Shown: positions 39,492 to 48,731 of the stretch, piece by piece
How the letters are laid out: each line of letters opens with the position of its first letter
Numbering within the stretch: the first letter of the stretch is position 1
DNA from: an uncultured virus (IMG/VR IMGVR_UViG_3300038423_000132)
Taxonomy: Duplodnaviria; Heunggongvirae; Uroviricota; Caudoviricetes
Strand: one strand, 5' to 3'
DNA length: 64,000 bases
Virus record (IMG/VR): IMGVR_UViG_3300038423_000132
Translations under genes and position numbers: made by a program
The notes under the pieces: generated by a model
Seen by the model: only the letters and a program-made list of their open reading frames with translations
Databases searched by the model: none
Told to the model about the DNA's origin: nothing

Positions 39492-39901
39492 AACGCATTC
39501 TTACCCTTGCCGTGCTTGCCCTTGCCCTTCCCGCCAGTGTCCGCCCGCTGGAGCCATCGCAGCCGCGCCTGATGCTCATCAAGCATGTGCCGATACGGAC
39601 AATGCGTCTTCAGGCGCAGCATGCCGTGCTGGCATCCTGGTACGGCCAGCACTACGCCGGACGCGCTACGGCAAGCGGCGAGCCATTCAACCCGCACGCC
39701 ATGACCGCCGCACACCGGACGCTGAAGCTCGGCACGCGCATCCGGGTGACCAATCCGCGCACGGGCGCAAGCGTGGTGCTGGTGGTCAACGACCGCGGGC
39801 CATTCGTGGGCACGCGGGAACTGGACGTGAGTGAGGCGGCGGCGGAAGTGCTTGGGATACGCGGGCGCGGAGTGGCACGACTGCTCGTTGAAGCGCTGTG
39901 A
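39488..39901 (+). CDS. rlpA: RlpA-family lytic transglycosylase (DPBB domain)
   Basis: ASWYG, TASGE.F, MTAAHRTL, VNDRGPF, DVS.AAA. Confidence 0.93.
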   Translation: MKRILTLAVLALALPASVRPLEPSQPRLMLIKHVPIRTMRLQAQHAVLASWYGQHYAGRATASGEPFNPHAMTAAHRTLKLGTRIRVTNPRTGASVVLVVNDRGPFVGTRELDVSEAAAEVLGIRGRGVARLLVEAL

Positions 39902-39937
39902 GAGAAACGACCAAATTAACTGACTGAGAGGAAGATC

Positions 39938-40339
39938 ATGGCAAAGGCGGGCGGACCTAACACCACAATCCGGCTGATCGACATTGGCGCGAACGGAGCT
40001 GGGACGAAAGTCTACGCGACTGGCCCCACGCGTGGCTGGAGAGTTTTCGAGAGTGTCATCACTGCGGGAGGGGCGAACAACGCGCCTCAGGGTTTCCAGA
40101 TCAAGATTCCGAATGACAACTCAGCGTCTGGATTCACGACTTGGTTTGCGCGCGCCGCCGACGTTCCGTTCGACCAGCGCAACTTCATCTCCGAGCACGC
40201 GGCGTATGGTGAAGTCTTTGCCGGCCCAGGGAATGCCACCCCAGGTCTCGGCATCGGCGCCACTGCGGCTACTCTCCTCTGCATAATTCAGTCGGCCACA
40301 GCGACAGCAACGACAATCGAGATTGTCGAAGAGTTCTAA
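39938..40339 (+). CDS. Hypothetical protein, possibly structural
   Basis: RBS, beta-rich. Confidence 0.6.
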   Translation: MAKAGGPNTTIRLIDIGANGAGTKVYATGPTRGWRVFESVITAGGANNAPQGFQIKIPNDNSASGFTTWFARAADVPFDQRNFISEHAAYGEVFAGPGNATPGLGIGATAATLLCIIQSATATATTIEIVEEF

Positions 40340-40539
40340 TGGCAGAGCCAATTCCAGTCAACAGCTCGTGGGTCCAGAGCATCGATTACTCCGGCGGTCT
40401 GCTCACTGTGACCACCAAGAAGGGGAAGCGTATCGTCTTTCTCGGCGTGCCGCCTGGAATATGGGAACAACTCCAGGGCGCGCCGAGTAAAGGCGAATTC
40501 ATCAACAGGCATATCAGAGGCAAATTCAAGGAACTGTGA
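40339..40539 (+). CDS. KTSC domain protein
   Basis: VNSS...IDY...GVP...L..APSKGEFIN..IRG. Confidence 0.85.
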   Translation: MAEPIPVNSSWVQSIDYSGGLLTVTTKKGKRIVFLGVPPGIWEQLQGAPSKGEFINRHIRGKFKEL

Positions 40540-40784
40540 TGCTCGACTTCATGTTTGTCAGCAAGCGCGAGTACACCGCGATGGAGAAGCAGATCGCGGA
40601 CCTCAAAGAAGCGAACGCGAAGTTGTGGGAACTCGTCGGCGCGAAACAGGGAGTGCCGGAAAGTACTGAGCCCGGAGAAGAGCCGGCACCGCCGCGCCCG
40701 CACCGCATACTCGGCGCGGAGATGCGCGCACGCTGGCGCAGAGAAGCCGATGAACGCGCACGGCAACAAGGGGTGACCAAGTAA
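40536..40784 (+). CDS. Hypothetical protein
   Basis: Coupled ORF before the portal gene. Confidence 0.55.
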   Translation: MMLDFMFVSKREYTAMEKQIADLKEANAKLWELVGAKQGVPESTEPGEEPAPPRPHRILGAEMRARWRREADERARQQGVTK

Positions 40785-40788
40785 AGCG

Positions 40789-43338
40789 ATGGCGACAAAT
40801 CCAGTAGCGATCGGATCGGCAGGAATGCCCCAGGATCAACTCAACATCGCCCATGGTCCGGACAATCCGCAGACGGAGACAGCAGAGCAGCAGGAGCAGC
40901 GTCTCCAATTCCCACCCGGCTACCAAGCGAAGATGATTGAGACGATCACCTCCTATCGCTCGGGTTGGGCTCCGGACAGACTTCTCCGCATCCCTGGCTG
41001 GATGCGCAACGTCTTGATGTTCCGCGGCAGCCAACTCATCGAGTACGACCCAGCTTCGAACACCTACGTGGATGTGCTCGCCTGGAACCGCCAGAACAAC
41101 AAGGCCGAGGCGGAGGACACTTACCTCGAAAAGTACGGCAACAACATCACACAGATGCTTGAAGGCGGGTTCTCTTCAGTGATTGCCGGGGCCGTCCCAT
41201 CGGTGATCGTAAAGCCGGAGAATGCTGAGATCCTGGCCGACGTAACGACCGCGAAGGCATCTCAGGAAGCCATCTCGATCATCGAAAGGATGAACGAAAC
41301 TCCGGACATGCTGCTGGAGGAGAGCAGCCTGCTCTATCTCTACGGCGTCTACTTCAAATACACGAGACCGGTTCTCGACGGAGATTGGGCTGGCTGGGAC
41401 TTCGAAGACACGTTCGGAACCGTCACCGTGCAGAAGCCGGCCCGCTACCACTGCTTCAAATGCGGGACCGACACGCCCGCGCAGATGTTCCAGCAGGATC
41501 AGGCGAAGAGTTGTCCGAAGTGCGGGGCGCCGCTCGGCCCCGAGAGCTTTTTCCCGCCCGAGCAGAGTGACGAGGTATCTCGCACAGGCCAGCAGCGTGT
41601 CCCGCGCGCCATGGTCAAGTGGAGCGTCCACGGGCCAATGGAGATCGATCTTGACCCGATGGCGAAGTCGATCGACCAGACCCCCACCCTGAGCTTCGAC
41701 CAGGAAATCGACATCGGCGCTTTGCGTCTGACGTTCCCGAAAATCTTTGAGCAAATCACGCAGGGCGCCGAGATCGGGACCACACCGAATGCGTCCTATG
41801 AGAAGTTGCGGCGCAACGAAATCTATTCGATGGGGTGGGGATACACCTCGGACTCGCAGAACCAAAAGCCCACCTTCTCGCAAAACTGGATGCAGCCCTC
41901 TTCCTATGGCCGCATTGGGGACAAGGATTTCGCGGCGTGGATGAATCAGAACTTCCCCGATGGTGCCAAGATCACGCTGATTGGCGAACTGGTTGCCGAC
42001 GTGCGGAAAGCCAATCTGCCGAAAGAGTGGACGGCATGTCTACTGCACAAGAATGTGGGCATGTACCCGCCGTCGATCGCTGACAACGTGGTTCCCTTCA
42101 ACATTCGGCTGAACGACGCCATGGACATGATCGACGATTGGATCGAGCGGTGCGCGGCCGGGATGACGATCTACGATTCGAACAAGATCGACCGGCGGGA
42201 GATGGCGGGCCGCGTGATGTCTCCGGGCGTGCTGAACGGAATCCAGACCAAAGGCTCTGGCATCGATAAACCGCTTACCGATTCGCTCATGCAGTTCAAG
42301 TTCGCACTCGATCCGCAGGTGTTTACCTATCCCAACATGCTCATCACGATGTGCGAGTTGATCTCCGGCGTGACACCGCAGACCTTCGGTGGTGGCGGGC
42401 AGGAGGGAATCGAGACCAAAGGCGGCCAGGAGCAGGCCCTCAACACCGCCCTGGGTAAACTCAACATCTTCTGGAAGAAGGTAAAGCGGGAACACGCGCG
42501 CGCGGCGCAGAACGCATTGGAATCTCTCCAGAAGCTGATGAAGGCCGGCGCGGTTGGCGAGTTGTTCGACGTGATCCAGGCCAATGGCTCTGAGTTCCGG
42601 AACAACTACGTCAACTGGGAAAAGATGCAGGGCCACATCAAGGTTTACGAGGATACGGACCAGGGGCTGCCGCAGACCCCTGAGCAGATCCGCGAGACCA
42701 CGATGAACATCGTCAAGATGGCGAGCGAAAAGAACCCGATCGCCATGGAGATAATGGACTGCGTTCCCAACCAGGAATCGGCGATCGCCATTCTCGGAAC
42801 CCCGGACATGGTTCTGCCGCAGGCCGCGCAGCGGGCACGCACGCTCCAGGCGATCAACACGCTGATGGAGAACGACTACATCGCCGTGCAGGACCCACAG
42901 ACGGGCCAGCAGGTGAATCAGTTGCCGGTGATGCCAGAGAAGAACGTCGAGGACTTCCCGGTTCTCAGGGACACGATGCGGCTGTTCTGGCAGGAGAACG
43001 GAGACTACAAGAAGTCGAACCCGGGCGGCTGGCAGAGGACGCAGGAGTATTACGAGGCGGCGCTGAATCTCGAGGCGGAGACCGCGGCAGAAGAGGCCCA
43101 GAGACAATCCAAGGTAAAGATGGCGGGGATGCCGCCGCCACCGGCGCCAGACCCAAAGGAGCAGCAGGTTCTGCAGTTGCTCACCCAGGACGGCGCGCAG
43201 GCCGTCCAGCGGCTTCAGGAACTCTCAGAAATGCCACCGCAACCGCCGGGCGTAAACATCACGCCCCAAGTGAGTGCCGCAAACGACATCGCAAAAGCAG
43301 CCCTTGACGCGCAAAAGGCCGCCAAGGCGGGGAAATAG
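40789..43338 (+). CDS. Portal protein (P22-like)
   Basis: Size, position before scaffold and capsid, helical Q/P-rich tail, ELISG motif. Confidence 0.75.
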   Translation: MATNPVAIGSAGMPQDQLNIAHGPDNPQTETAEQQEQRLQFPPGYQAKMIETITSYRSGWAPDRLLRIPGWMRNVLMFRGSQLIEYDPASNTYVDVLAWNRQNNKAEAEDTYLEKYGNNITQMLEGGFSSVIAGAVPSVIVKPENAEILADVTTAKASQEAISIIERMNETPDMLLEESSLLYLYGVYFKYTRPVLDGDWAGWDFEDTFGTVTVQKPARYHCFKCGTDTPAQMFQQDQAKSCPKCGAPLGPESFFPPEQSDEVSRTGQQRVPRAMVKWSVHGPMEIDLDPMAKSIDQTPTLSFDQEIDIGALRLTFPKIFEQITQGAEIGTTPNASYEKLRRNEIYSMGWGYTSDSQNQKPTFSQNWMQPSSYGRIGDKDFAAWMNQNFPDGAKITLIGELVADVRKANLPKEWTACLLHKNVGMYPPSIADNVVPFNIRLNDAMDMIDDWIERCAAGMTIYDSNKIDRREMAGRVMSPGVLNGIQTKGSGIDKPLTDSLMQFKFALDPQVFTYPNMLITMCELISGVTPQTFGGGGQEGIETKGGQEQALNTALGKLNIFWKKVKREHARAAQNALESLQKLMKAGAVGELFDVIQANGSEFRNNYVNWEKMQGHIKVYEDTDQGLPQTPEQIRETTMNIVKMASEKNPIAMEIMDCVPNQESAIAILGTPDMVLPQAAQRARTLQAINTLMENDYIAVQDPQTGQQVNQLPVMPEKNVEDFPVLRDTMRLFWQENGDYKKSNPGGWQRTQEYYEAALNLEAETAAEEAQRQSKVKMAGMPPPPAPDPKEQQVLQLLTQDGAQAVQRLQELSEMPPQPPGVNITPQVSAANDIAKAALDAQKAAKAGK

Positions 43339-43347
43339 GAGGATTCA

Positions 43348-43755
43348 ATGTCCCACCGTTTCAATGACATCGTAACTCTGGTGCGCGGGAACGTCGAAAC
43401 GCCCGCGCTGGTTGTCCAGTCCGTACAGCAGCCGAACGGCGAGCATCTGACGGTTGTCAGCTTGGACCCCGCCAAGGCGAGCCCGCTCCTGAGCGGATCA
43501 AACGTGGACGCGGCAATCCGGCGCGACTTCGTTACCCCGCTGACCGGCGGGAAGACGTTCGGGTGGAAGGAGCGGCCCGTGCCTCCGAAGGGATTCGGGC
43601 AGGCAATCGCTGAGGCCATCGCGGCACAACGACCATCTGCCGCCGAACTGATGGATGAGGTCCAGGGGCCCGTCGAGGGTGGCGATCCAGAATCGCCGCA
43701 CGCGCTCGTCCAGCCAGCGGCGTCCAGCGAAGTTCCGACTGAGCCGGAGTCGTAA
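43348..43755 (+). CDS. Hypothetical protein
   Basis: AGGAGG RBS. Confidence 0.65.
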   Translation: MSHRFNDIVTLVRGNVETPALVVQSVQQPNGEHLTVVSLDPAKASPLLSGSNVDAAIRRDFVTPLTGGKTFGWKERPVPPKGFGQAIAEAIAAQRPSAAELMDEVQGPVEGGDPESPHALVQPAASSEVPTEPES

Positions 43756-43781
43756 TCAATCCATCACGGTTCACCGATAGC

Positions 43782-43810
43782 AGGGTCGCTTTCGAGCGGC
43801 CCTTTCGTTT
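43782..43810 (+). terminator. Probable intrinsic terminator
   Basis: AGGGTCGCT-TTCG-AGCGGCCCT followed by TTCGTTT. Confidence 0.6.
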
Positions 43811-43834
43811 GCCCGAAACACCAAGGAGAAGAGC

Positions 43835-45499
43835 ATGGCCACGAGTACCGTAGCACCCGCAGCACCGACCCCAGCGCCGACAGCGACAGCACCCTCGTCG
43901 TCACCCGGCGCGACGACGACCCCAGCCTCGCCGCAACCCGCAGCGCCAGCGCAACCTTCTTCGCCGGCGCAGCCAGAAGTACCCGCACAGCCCGCAGCGG
44001 CCCCAGAAGGCCAGCCAGCCACCCCAGCGCAGCCTTCCGCCCCAGCCGAGGGCGCAGAACCACAGCAAGCTGACTTTCCGGGCGACGTCGTAGGCTTCCT
44101 CGAAGCGCACAACGCCTGGGAACGTAAACGCGACGGTCTGGATCAACCAGCAGCCGACCAGGCTTCACAGGCGCAGCCGGCCGAAGGTGAGCAGCCGAAG
44201 CCGGAGGACCAGCAGCCCAAGATTCCCGAGCCAGAGCAGTCTCTGACGCCCGAGTCCTTGAACGCCTTGGCCGAGAAGAGCCCCGAGCTAAAGGCGGCGC
44301 TCGAAGCATCGCCCGAAGTGAAAAACGCGCTCTTTGCCATGGCGCGCAAGAACGCCCAACTGGCTCCCATCGGAGAACTCTTCCCGAATCTCGAGGCAGC
44401 GAAGTTCGCCGCCGAGACCTCGAACACAATGGTGAACCTCCGGACGCAGTTCATGGAGGCGATCGACAGTCCCGAGTCGTTTCCAGCCGCCTTTGAGCAG
44501 TTCGCAGACGAGTTCGCCATCAAGGACAAAGACGGAAAGCCGGTCCTTGACGCCGCCGGCAACCCGACCTACGGCGAAGATTTCCAGATGCTCAACGACT
44601 TCATCGTGGACACCTACCACGGGATCGAGATTGCAGACCTCGAAGCCGCGCAGCAGGCCGGCAAGTTCGCCGCAGGCGACGGCAGCGCCGATGACATGGC
44701 GCTCCAGGCGCTCAAGTACCTCAAGGATTGGAAGGCTGGCAACGCCGAGGGCCAGAAACTCGATCTGACCGGGCTACCCCAAGACCAGATGGCAATCCTC
44801 GAAGCCAGGGAGCGCGCCGTCAAGGAGCGTGAGGAAGCTCTGGAGGGTAAGGGCAAGCAGCAGAACGCCGAGCAGCGCAAGCAGGAGCGCGCGAACTACG
44901 AGCTCTCCGTCCAGAAGAAGGTGGGAGGATCGGTCGGCAGCCGCCTCAAGGCCATGATCGATGAGCACGAGAAGGCGGCCGTCTTCATCCCGAGCTACGT
45001 TCTCGACGCCAAAGACCCCGAGACGGGGATCTCGGTCTTCGCCAAGACCTTGCTCGACACGTTCGAGGAGAAGACCTACGGGCGCGTCGACCGAAAGACC
45101 GGAAAGGTCATCGGCGGGGTGGCGTACATCCGCGACCAGGCAAAGATGCTGGCGCGGCGCCCGCCGTCTCCCGAAGCCGAGCAGGCCCGCGTCGACTTTG
45201 CCAACCGGCTGATCGACGAGCATCTGCCGGCGATCTTCGATGCGCAGTTGCGCGAAATTCAGAAGAAGGACATTGCCGATCGCAGCAAGCGGCAGGGGAG
45301 CGTGCAGGCCCGGGAACAGATGGCCGAGCGCGAACCGAAAGCTGGCGGCGGTGCGGCAGCGGCCAAACCAACGACTCCGCAAGAAGCGATGGCCGAGGCT
45401 TACAAGTGGGTCGATCAGAACTTTCCGGACCTCAGCCCCGCTGAGCGGACGGAGAAAGCGATCATCAAGAAAAACGAGTTATCGGGAAACCGCTACTGA
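43835..45499 (+). CDS. Capsid scaffolding protein
   Basis: P/A/Q-rich N-terminus, coiled coils, directly upstream of the capsid gene. Confidence 0.7.
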   Translation: MATSTVAPAAPTPAPTATAPSSSPGATTTPASPQPAAPAQPSSPAQPEVPAQPAAAPEGQPATPAQPSAPAEGAEPQQADFPGDVVGFLEAHNAWERKRDGLDQPAADQASQAQPAEGEQPKPEDQQPKIPEPEQSLTPESLNALAEKSPELKAALEASPEVKNALFAMARKNAQLAPIGELFPNLEAAKFAAETSNTMVNLRTQFMEAIDSPESFPAAFEQFADEFAIKDKDGKPVLDAAGNPTYGEDFQMLNDFIVDTYHGIEIADLEAAQQAGKFAAGDGSADDMALQALKYLKDWKAGNAEGQKLDLTGLPQDQMAILEARERAVKEREEALEGKGKQQNAEQRKQERANYELSVQKKVGGSVGSRLKAMIDEHEKAAVFIPSYVLDAKDPETGISVFAKTLLDTFEEKTYGRVDRKTGKVIGGVAYIRDQAKMLARRPPSPEAEQARVDFANRLIDEHLPAIFDAQLREIQKKDIADRSKRQGSVQAREQMAEREPKAGGGAAAAKPTTPQEAMAEAYKWVDQNFPDLSPAERTEKAIIKKNELSGNRY

Positions 45500-45676
45500 C
45501 GCAAGCTCACCGGAGTATTCGCCCAACCCGGGGGCGTAGAGCAGAATAGCGCGAAAGTTTGGTTCCCACAGAACACGCAAACCGTTCCCGGCAATGGTCG
45601 GAAGCGCCACGCCAAGCAGTGCCCCACAGCCCCATAGCCGCAGGATCAGTACGGGTGCGGCGAGAAGAGGCACAGA

Positions 45677-46963
45677 ATGGCAGCGCCCAATCTCGGAGCA
45701 GCGTCCCAGCAGACTGCCTGGATGCTCCAAAAAGTCAACGCCGATGTCCAGATCTCGGAGAACCTGGACATGGCCGGCGATTCGTTGTTCTCCCAAGCTC
45801 CAACCGAGGAGATCGGCCTCCAGCAGTACCGTCACCCGATCGAGATCGAAGTCGGCGGCATCGCCGGCTACTACCAGCCTGACGGCGGCTCCTACTTCCA
45901 GGGCCAGGCCAACCAGGTTGACCAGATGATCGTGGCTCCGTTGCCGATCATGGTAGCGATCTCCGCAACCGAACTCGCCCGCCGAATCGCCAAGGGCGGA
46001 CGCGACATCACGGTCGACAACTGGATTGCGCGCATGATCTCCAAGGTCAAGGACAAGACTGCGCACACCCGGAACGCCTACCTGCAGGGCTACAACAACG
46101 GCCTGCTCGCAACCATCACCGCGGTCAACGGCACCGTGCTGTCGCTGCTGACGCCTCCGTTCGGCGGCCGTCTGCTCGATAGGAACGGCTACTACCAGGT
46201 GACCGACGCCAACTTCAACGTGGCTGGGAACATCAACGTTCTCGACCTCGAGAAGAACGGCGTGGGAACCACCGACACCTGCACGGTCGATGCAGTACCG
46301 GGCGGAACGGGGAACGGCTACCAGATCATCCCCATTGGCCTGGCGACCGGCAATCCCATCGGCATCAACGGGCTGGACTACATCATCAGCGGATCGACCG
46401 CACTCGAATACTGCGGCATCTCGCGGGCGAACTCCTACGTCCAGTCTCCTACCTACAACGCGAACGGCGCCTACCTCACGCTGGGCATGGTGTCTGCGTT
46501 CATGACGCGGATGCAGCAGGCCCTCGGGACGGCGCGGTTCAAGCAGCGCAAGCGGAACGTGTGGTATGCCCACCCGGCCCAGAAGGTCTCCGCCGACATC
46601 CTCGGCTTCTCGAAGACCCTCTTCATGGCTGGCGGAGGCAAAACACCTGACAGCTACGACGTGGCTGTAAACCCGTTTGCGACCTGGATGGTTGCCGGCA
46701 TCGAGGTTGTGGAAGACTCGATGTGCGCAACCGACAAGATGCGCTGGATTGACAAGGGCTGCATGAAGCGGGTCCGGTATCCCGGCTCGATGGCATTCAT
46801 CCCCGGCATGGTCGAGGGCATCTTCTGGCCGCGGCAGGCCGGCGGGCTGTGGGTTGCAGAATCGGACGCGATGTATCAGGACTCGCTGAATTACTACTCG
46901 TCGCTTCCATGGGCGTCTGGCGCCATAACCTCGCTCGGCGTACAACCCTTGCTTTCAAATTGA
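45677..46963 (+). CDS. Major capsid protein
   Basis: 428 aa, follows scaffold, strongly biased codons, INGL..I motif. Confidence 0.75.
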   Translation: MAAPNLGAASQQTAWMLQKVNADVQISENLDMAGDSLFSQAPTEEIGLQQYRHPIEIEVGGIAGYYQPDGGSYFQGQANQVDQMIVAPLPIMVAISATELARRIAKGGRDITVDNWIARMISKVKDKTAHTRNAYLQGYNNGLLATITAVNGTVLSLLTPPFGGRLLDRNGYYQVTDANFNVAGNINVLDLEKNGVGTTDTCTVDAVPGGTGNGYQIIPIGLATGNPIGINGLDYIISGSTALEYCGISRANSYVQSPTYNANGAYLTLGMVSAFMTRMQQALGTARFKQRKRNVWYAHPAQKVSADILGFSKTLFMAGGGKTPDSYDVAVNPFATWMVAGIEVVEDSMCATDKMRWIDKGCMKRVRYPGSMAFIPGMVEGIFWPRQAGGLWVAESDAMYQDSLNYYSSLPWASGAITSLGVQPLLSN

Positions 46964-46974
46964 GCCATTTGTTT

Positions 46975-47844
46975 TCAATGGCTTGCAGTTAGTGTTGGGG
47001 GTTCGGTTGAACCCCCAATACCTTTCCATGTTCTACCGATGTGGGCGTTGTAGACAGCCATCGCAGTGGCACCTAAAAGCGTGGCTATCTTCGCGTAGGA
47101 AAGACCTTTTGATCGCAGTTCGGGAATGCGTTGCACGGCATCCACGGTGAGCTTCGTGGTGCGTCTGCGGCGCTGATTCACAATCGGTGGCACAGCTTCA
47201 AGATGCTTTGGGTTCACGCAGGAGGTAACAAAGCACAGATGATCGACATCGTAACCTTCTGGGATCGGACCATTGTACTTCTCGTAGTAGGCGCGGTGTG
47301 CGCGAACCTGTTTTCGGTTTACGCTCGCGCCACCATAGCCATCCTTGTCGAGATTCTTTTGCCAGATCCAGCACGGCGTTTTGTAGCCGCGATCCTCAAC
47401 GACGTAATCCAGGGTTCGGCCATGATGGTTGTGAAGAAAATTCTCGGGCTGGCCGGCTGCGTATCCGCGTTCCTTGCGGGTCACCTTCGAAATGAGTGTT
47501 GGTTTTCCACAGCCACACATGCACAACCCGGATTCATTTTCCGGCACAACCATGCGTGCGTAAGAACTGCCATGGCCGACGCAGTAGCGACGATGCTCGC
47601 CAAGCACGTTCCCGGTCTGATGGGAGGTGTAGATGGCGAGCGGCGTCTTGCGACCGCATCCGCACATGCAGAGTCCATCTGGGTTGGGTGGCAGCGTAGA
47701 GCCGACAGCTTTGGTCGCGCGCCCGTGGCCGCACAGAAACTTGTACGGCTGCCCTTTGACGAAGCCCCAACGCGGGACCGTGTTCTTTGCGATGTTGGTT
47801 TTCTTGCCGCAGCCACAATGGCAAAAGCCGAACGGAACTTCCAT
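46975..47844 (-). CDS. HNH endonuclease with three CxCGCG modules
   Basis: CWIW, GYG, RAHR, VDHLC....CVNPKHL; C-terminal HTH. Confidence 0.9.
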   Translation of the reverse strand: MEVPFGFCHCGCGKKTNIAKNTVPRWGFVKGQPYKFLCGHGRATKAVGSTLPPNPDGLCMCGCGRKTPLAIYTSHQTGNVLGEHRRYCVGHGSSYARMVVPENESGLCMCGCGKPTLISKVTRKERGYAAGQPENFLHNHHGRTLDYVVEDRGYKTPCWIWQKNLDKDGYGGASVNRKQVRAHRAYYEKYNGPIPEGYDVDHLCFVTSCVNPKHLEAVPPIVNQRRRRTTKLTVDAVQRIPELRSKGLSYAKIATLLGATAMAVYNAHIGRTWKGIGGSTEPPTLTASH

Positions 47845-47993
47845 GGTTTCCTCCCCAAGCGGACGGGCTGCAAGGCTTGGGGCGATGCAGCCCTAACATC
47901 TGTTTCGAAAGCAGATGCCCTGCCGGCGTGAGCCGACGTAACCAGTATACACCGGGTCGGCTTCGGTCGGCCCGCTCCATTTTGAAGGACCGC

Positions 47994-48692
47994 ATGAGCA
48001 TCACCAACCCGTCTACCGACGCACCGAAATCCGTACAGGACGCCATCGCCAGCCACGGGGGAAAGGTGCCCGGCCAGGACCGCCCGATGTGGCGGCTTGT
48101 CCTCGCACAGAACTGCTTGATCGTGGCGAACGGCATCATGCACGAGCTTGAAACCGGCGATGTGGCCTGTTTCGCCACGGGCCCGGACGGCAAGCGGTAC
48201 TACCAGAAGCCGAACGACCGGGTGACAGCAGGCCGCGTGAAGATCCCGAAATACCCGTGCGAAGGGTGGGTGCTCGAGCGCTGGTTCCCGCCGACGACAT
48301 GGGGAAGCCCGGAAGAGTGGCGCAGCCACAAGTCGGAAGACGGCTCGACCATCATGGGCGAGTACCCGAGCCGAGGCGATTACTGGATGCTGGCCGGCCC
48401 GTTCGAACGAATTCCCGAGCTGGCCGATCTTCGCCAGGCGATCGACATGCACCGGCAGGCGATGGCGAACCAGCCAACCAACTACGCGCGCGTCCTGAAG
48501 CAGACGATTCTCGACGAGGAGGCGAAGCGCGAGGCGCGGAGAGAAAAACTCGAAGCTGATCTCGCGTACATGCGCAAGACCGAACTTGTCCCTGTGCTCA
48601 AAAGCACGTCACTTGCAGCGCAGCGTTTCCGCAACCAGCTCAGCGAATCCATCGGCGATCGGAGTCATCTGGGAGCCGTGCACGACGCATAA
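47994..48692 (+). CDS. Hypothetical protein
   Basis: GAAGGA RBS; late operon. Confidence 0.7.
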   Translation: MSITNPSTDAPKSVQDAIASHGGKVPGQDRPMWRLVLAQNCLIVANGIMHELETGDVACFATGPDGKRYYQKPNDRVTAGRVKIPKYPCEGWVLERWFPPTTWGSPEEWRSHKSEDGSTIMGEYPSRGDYWMLAGPFERIPELADLRQAIDMHRQAMANQPTNYARVLKQTILDEEAKREARREKLEADLAYMRKTELVPVLKSTSLAAQRFRNQLSESIGDRSHLGAVHDA

Positions 48693-48731
48693 CCCGCACC
48701 GAAATCCCGCAACACCAGGAGAAAAGGAATC

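Noticed and set aside
46964..47993. Group I intron around the HNH gene
   Set aside because: The capsid ORF ends with a normal stop and the HNH is free-standing on the opposite strand
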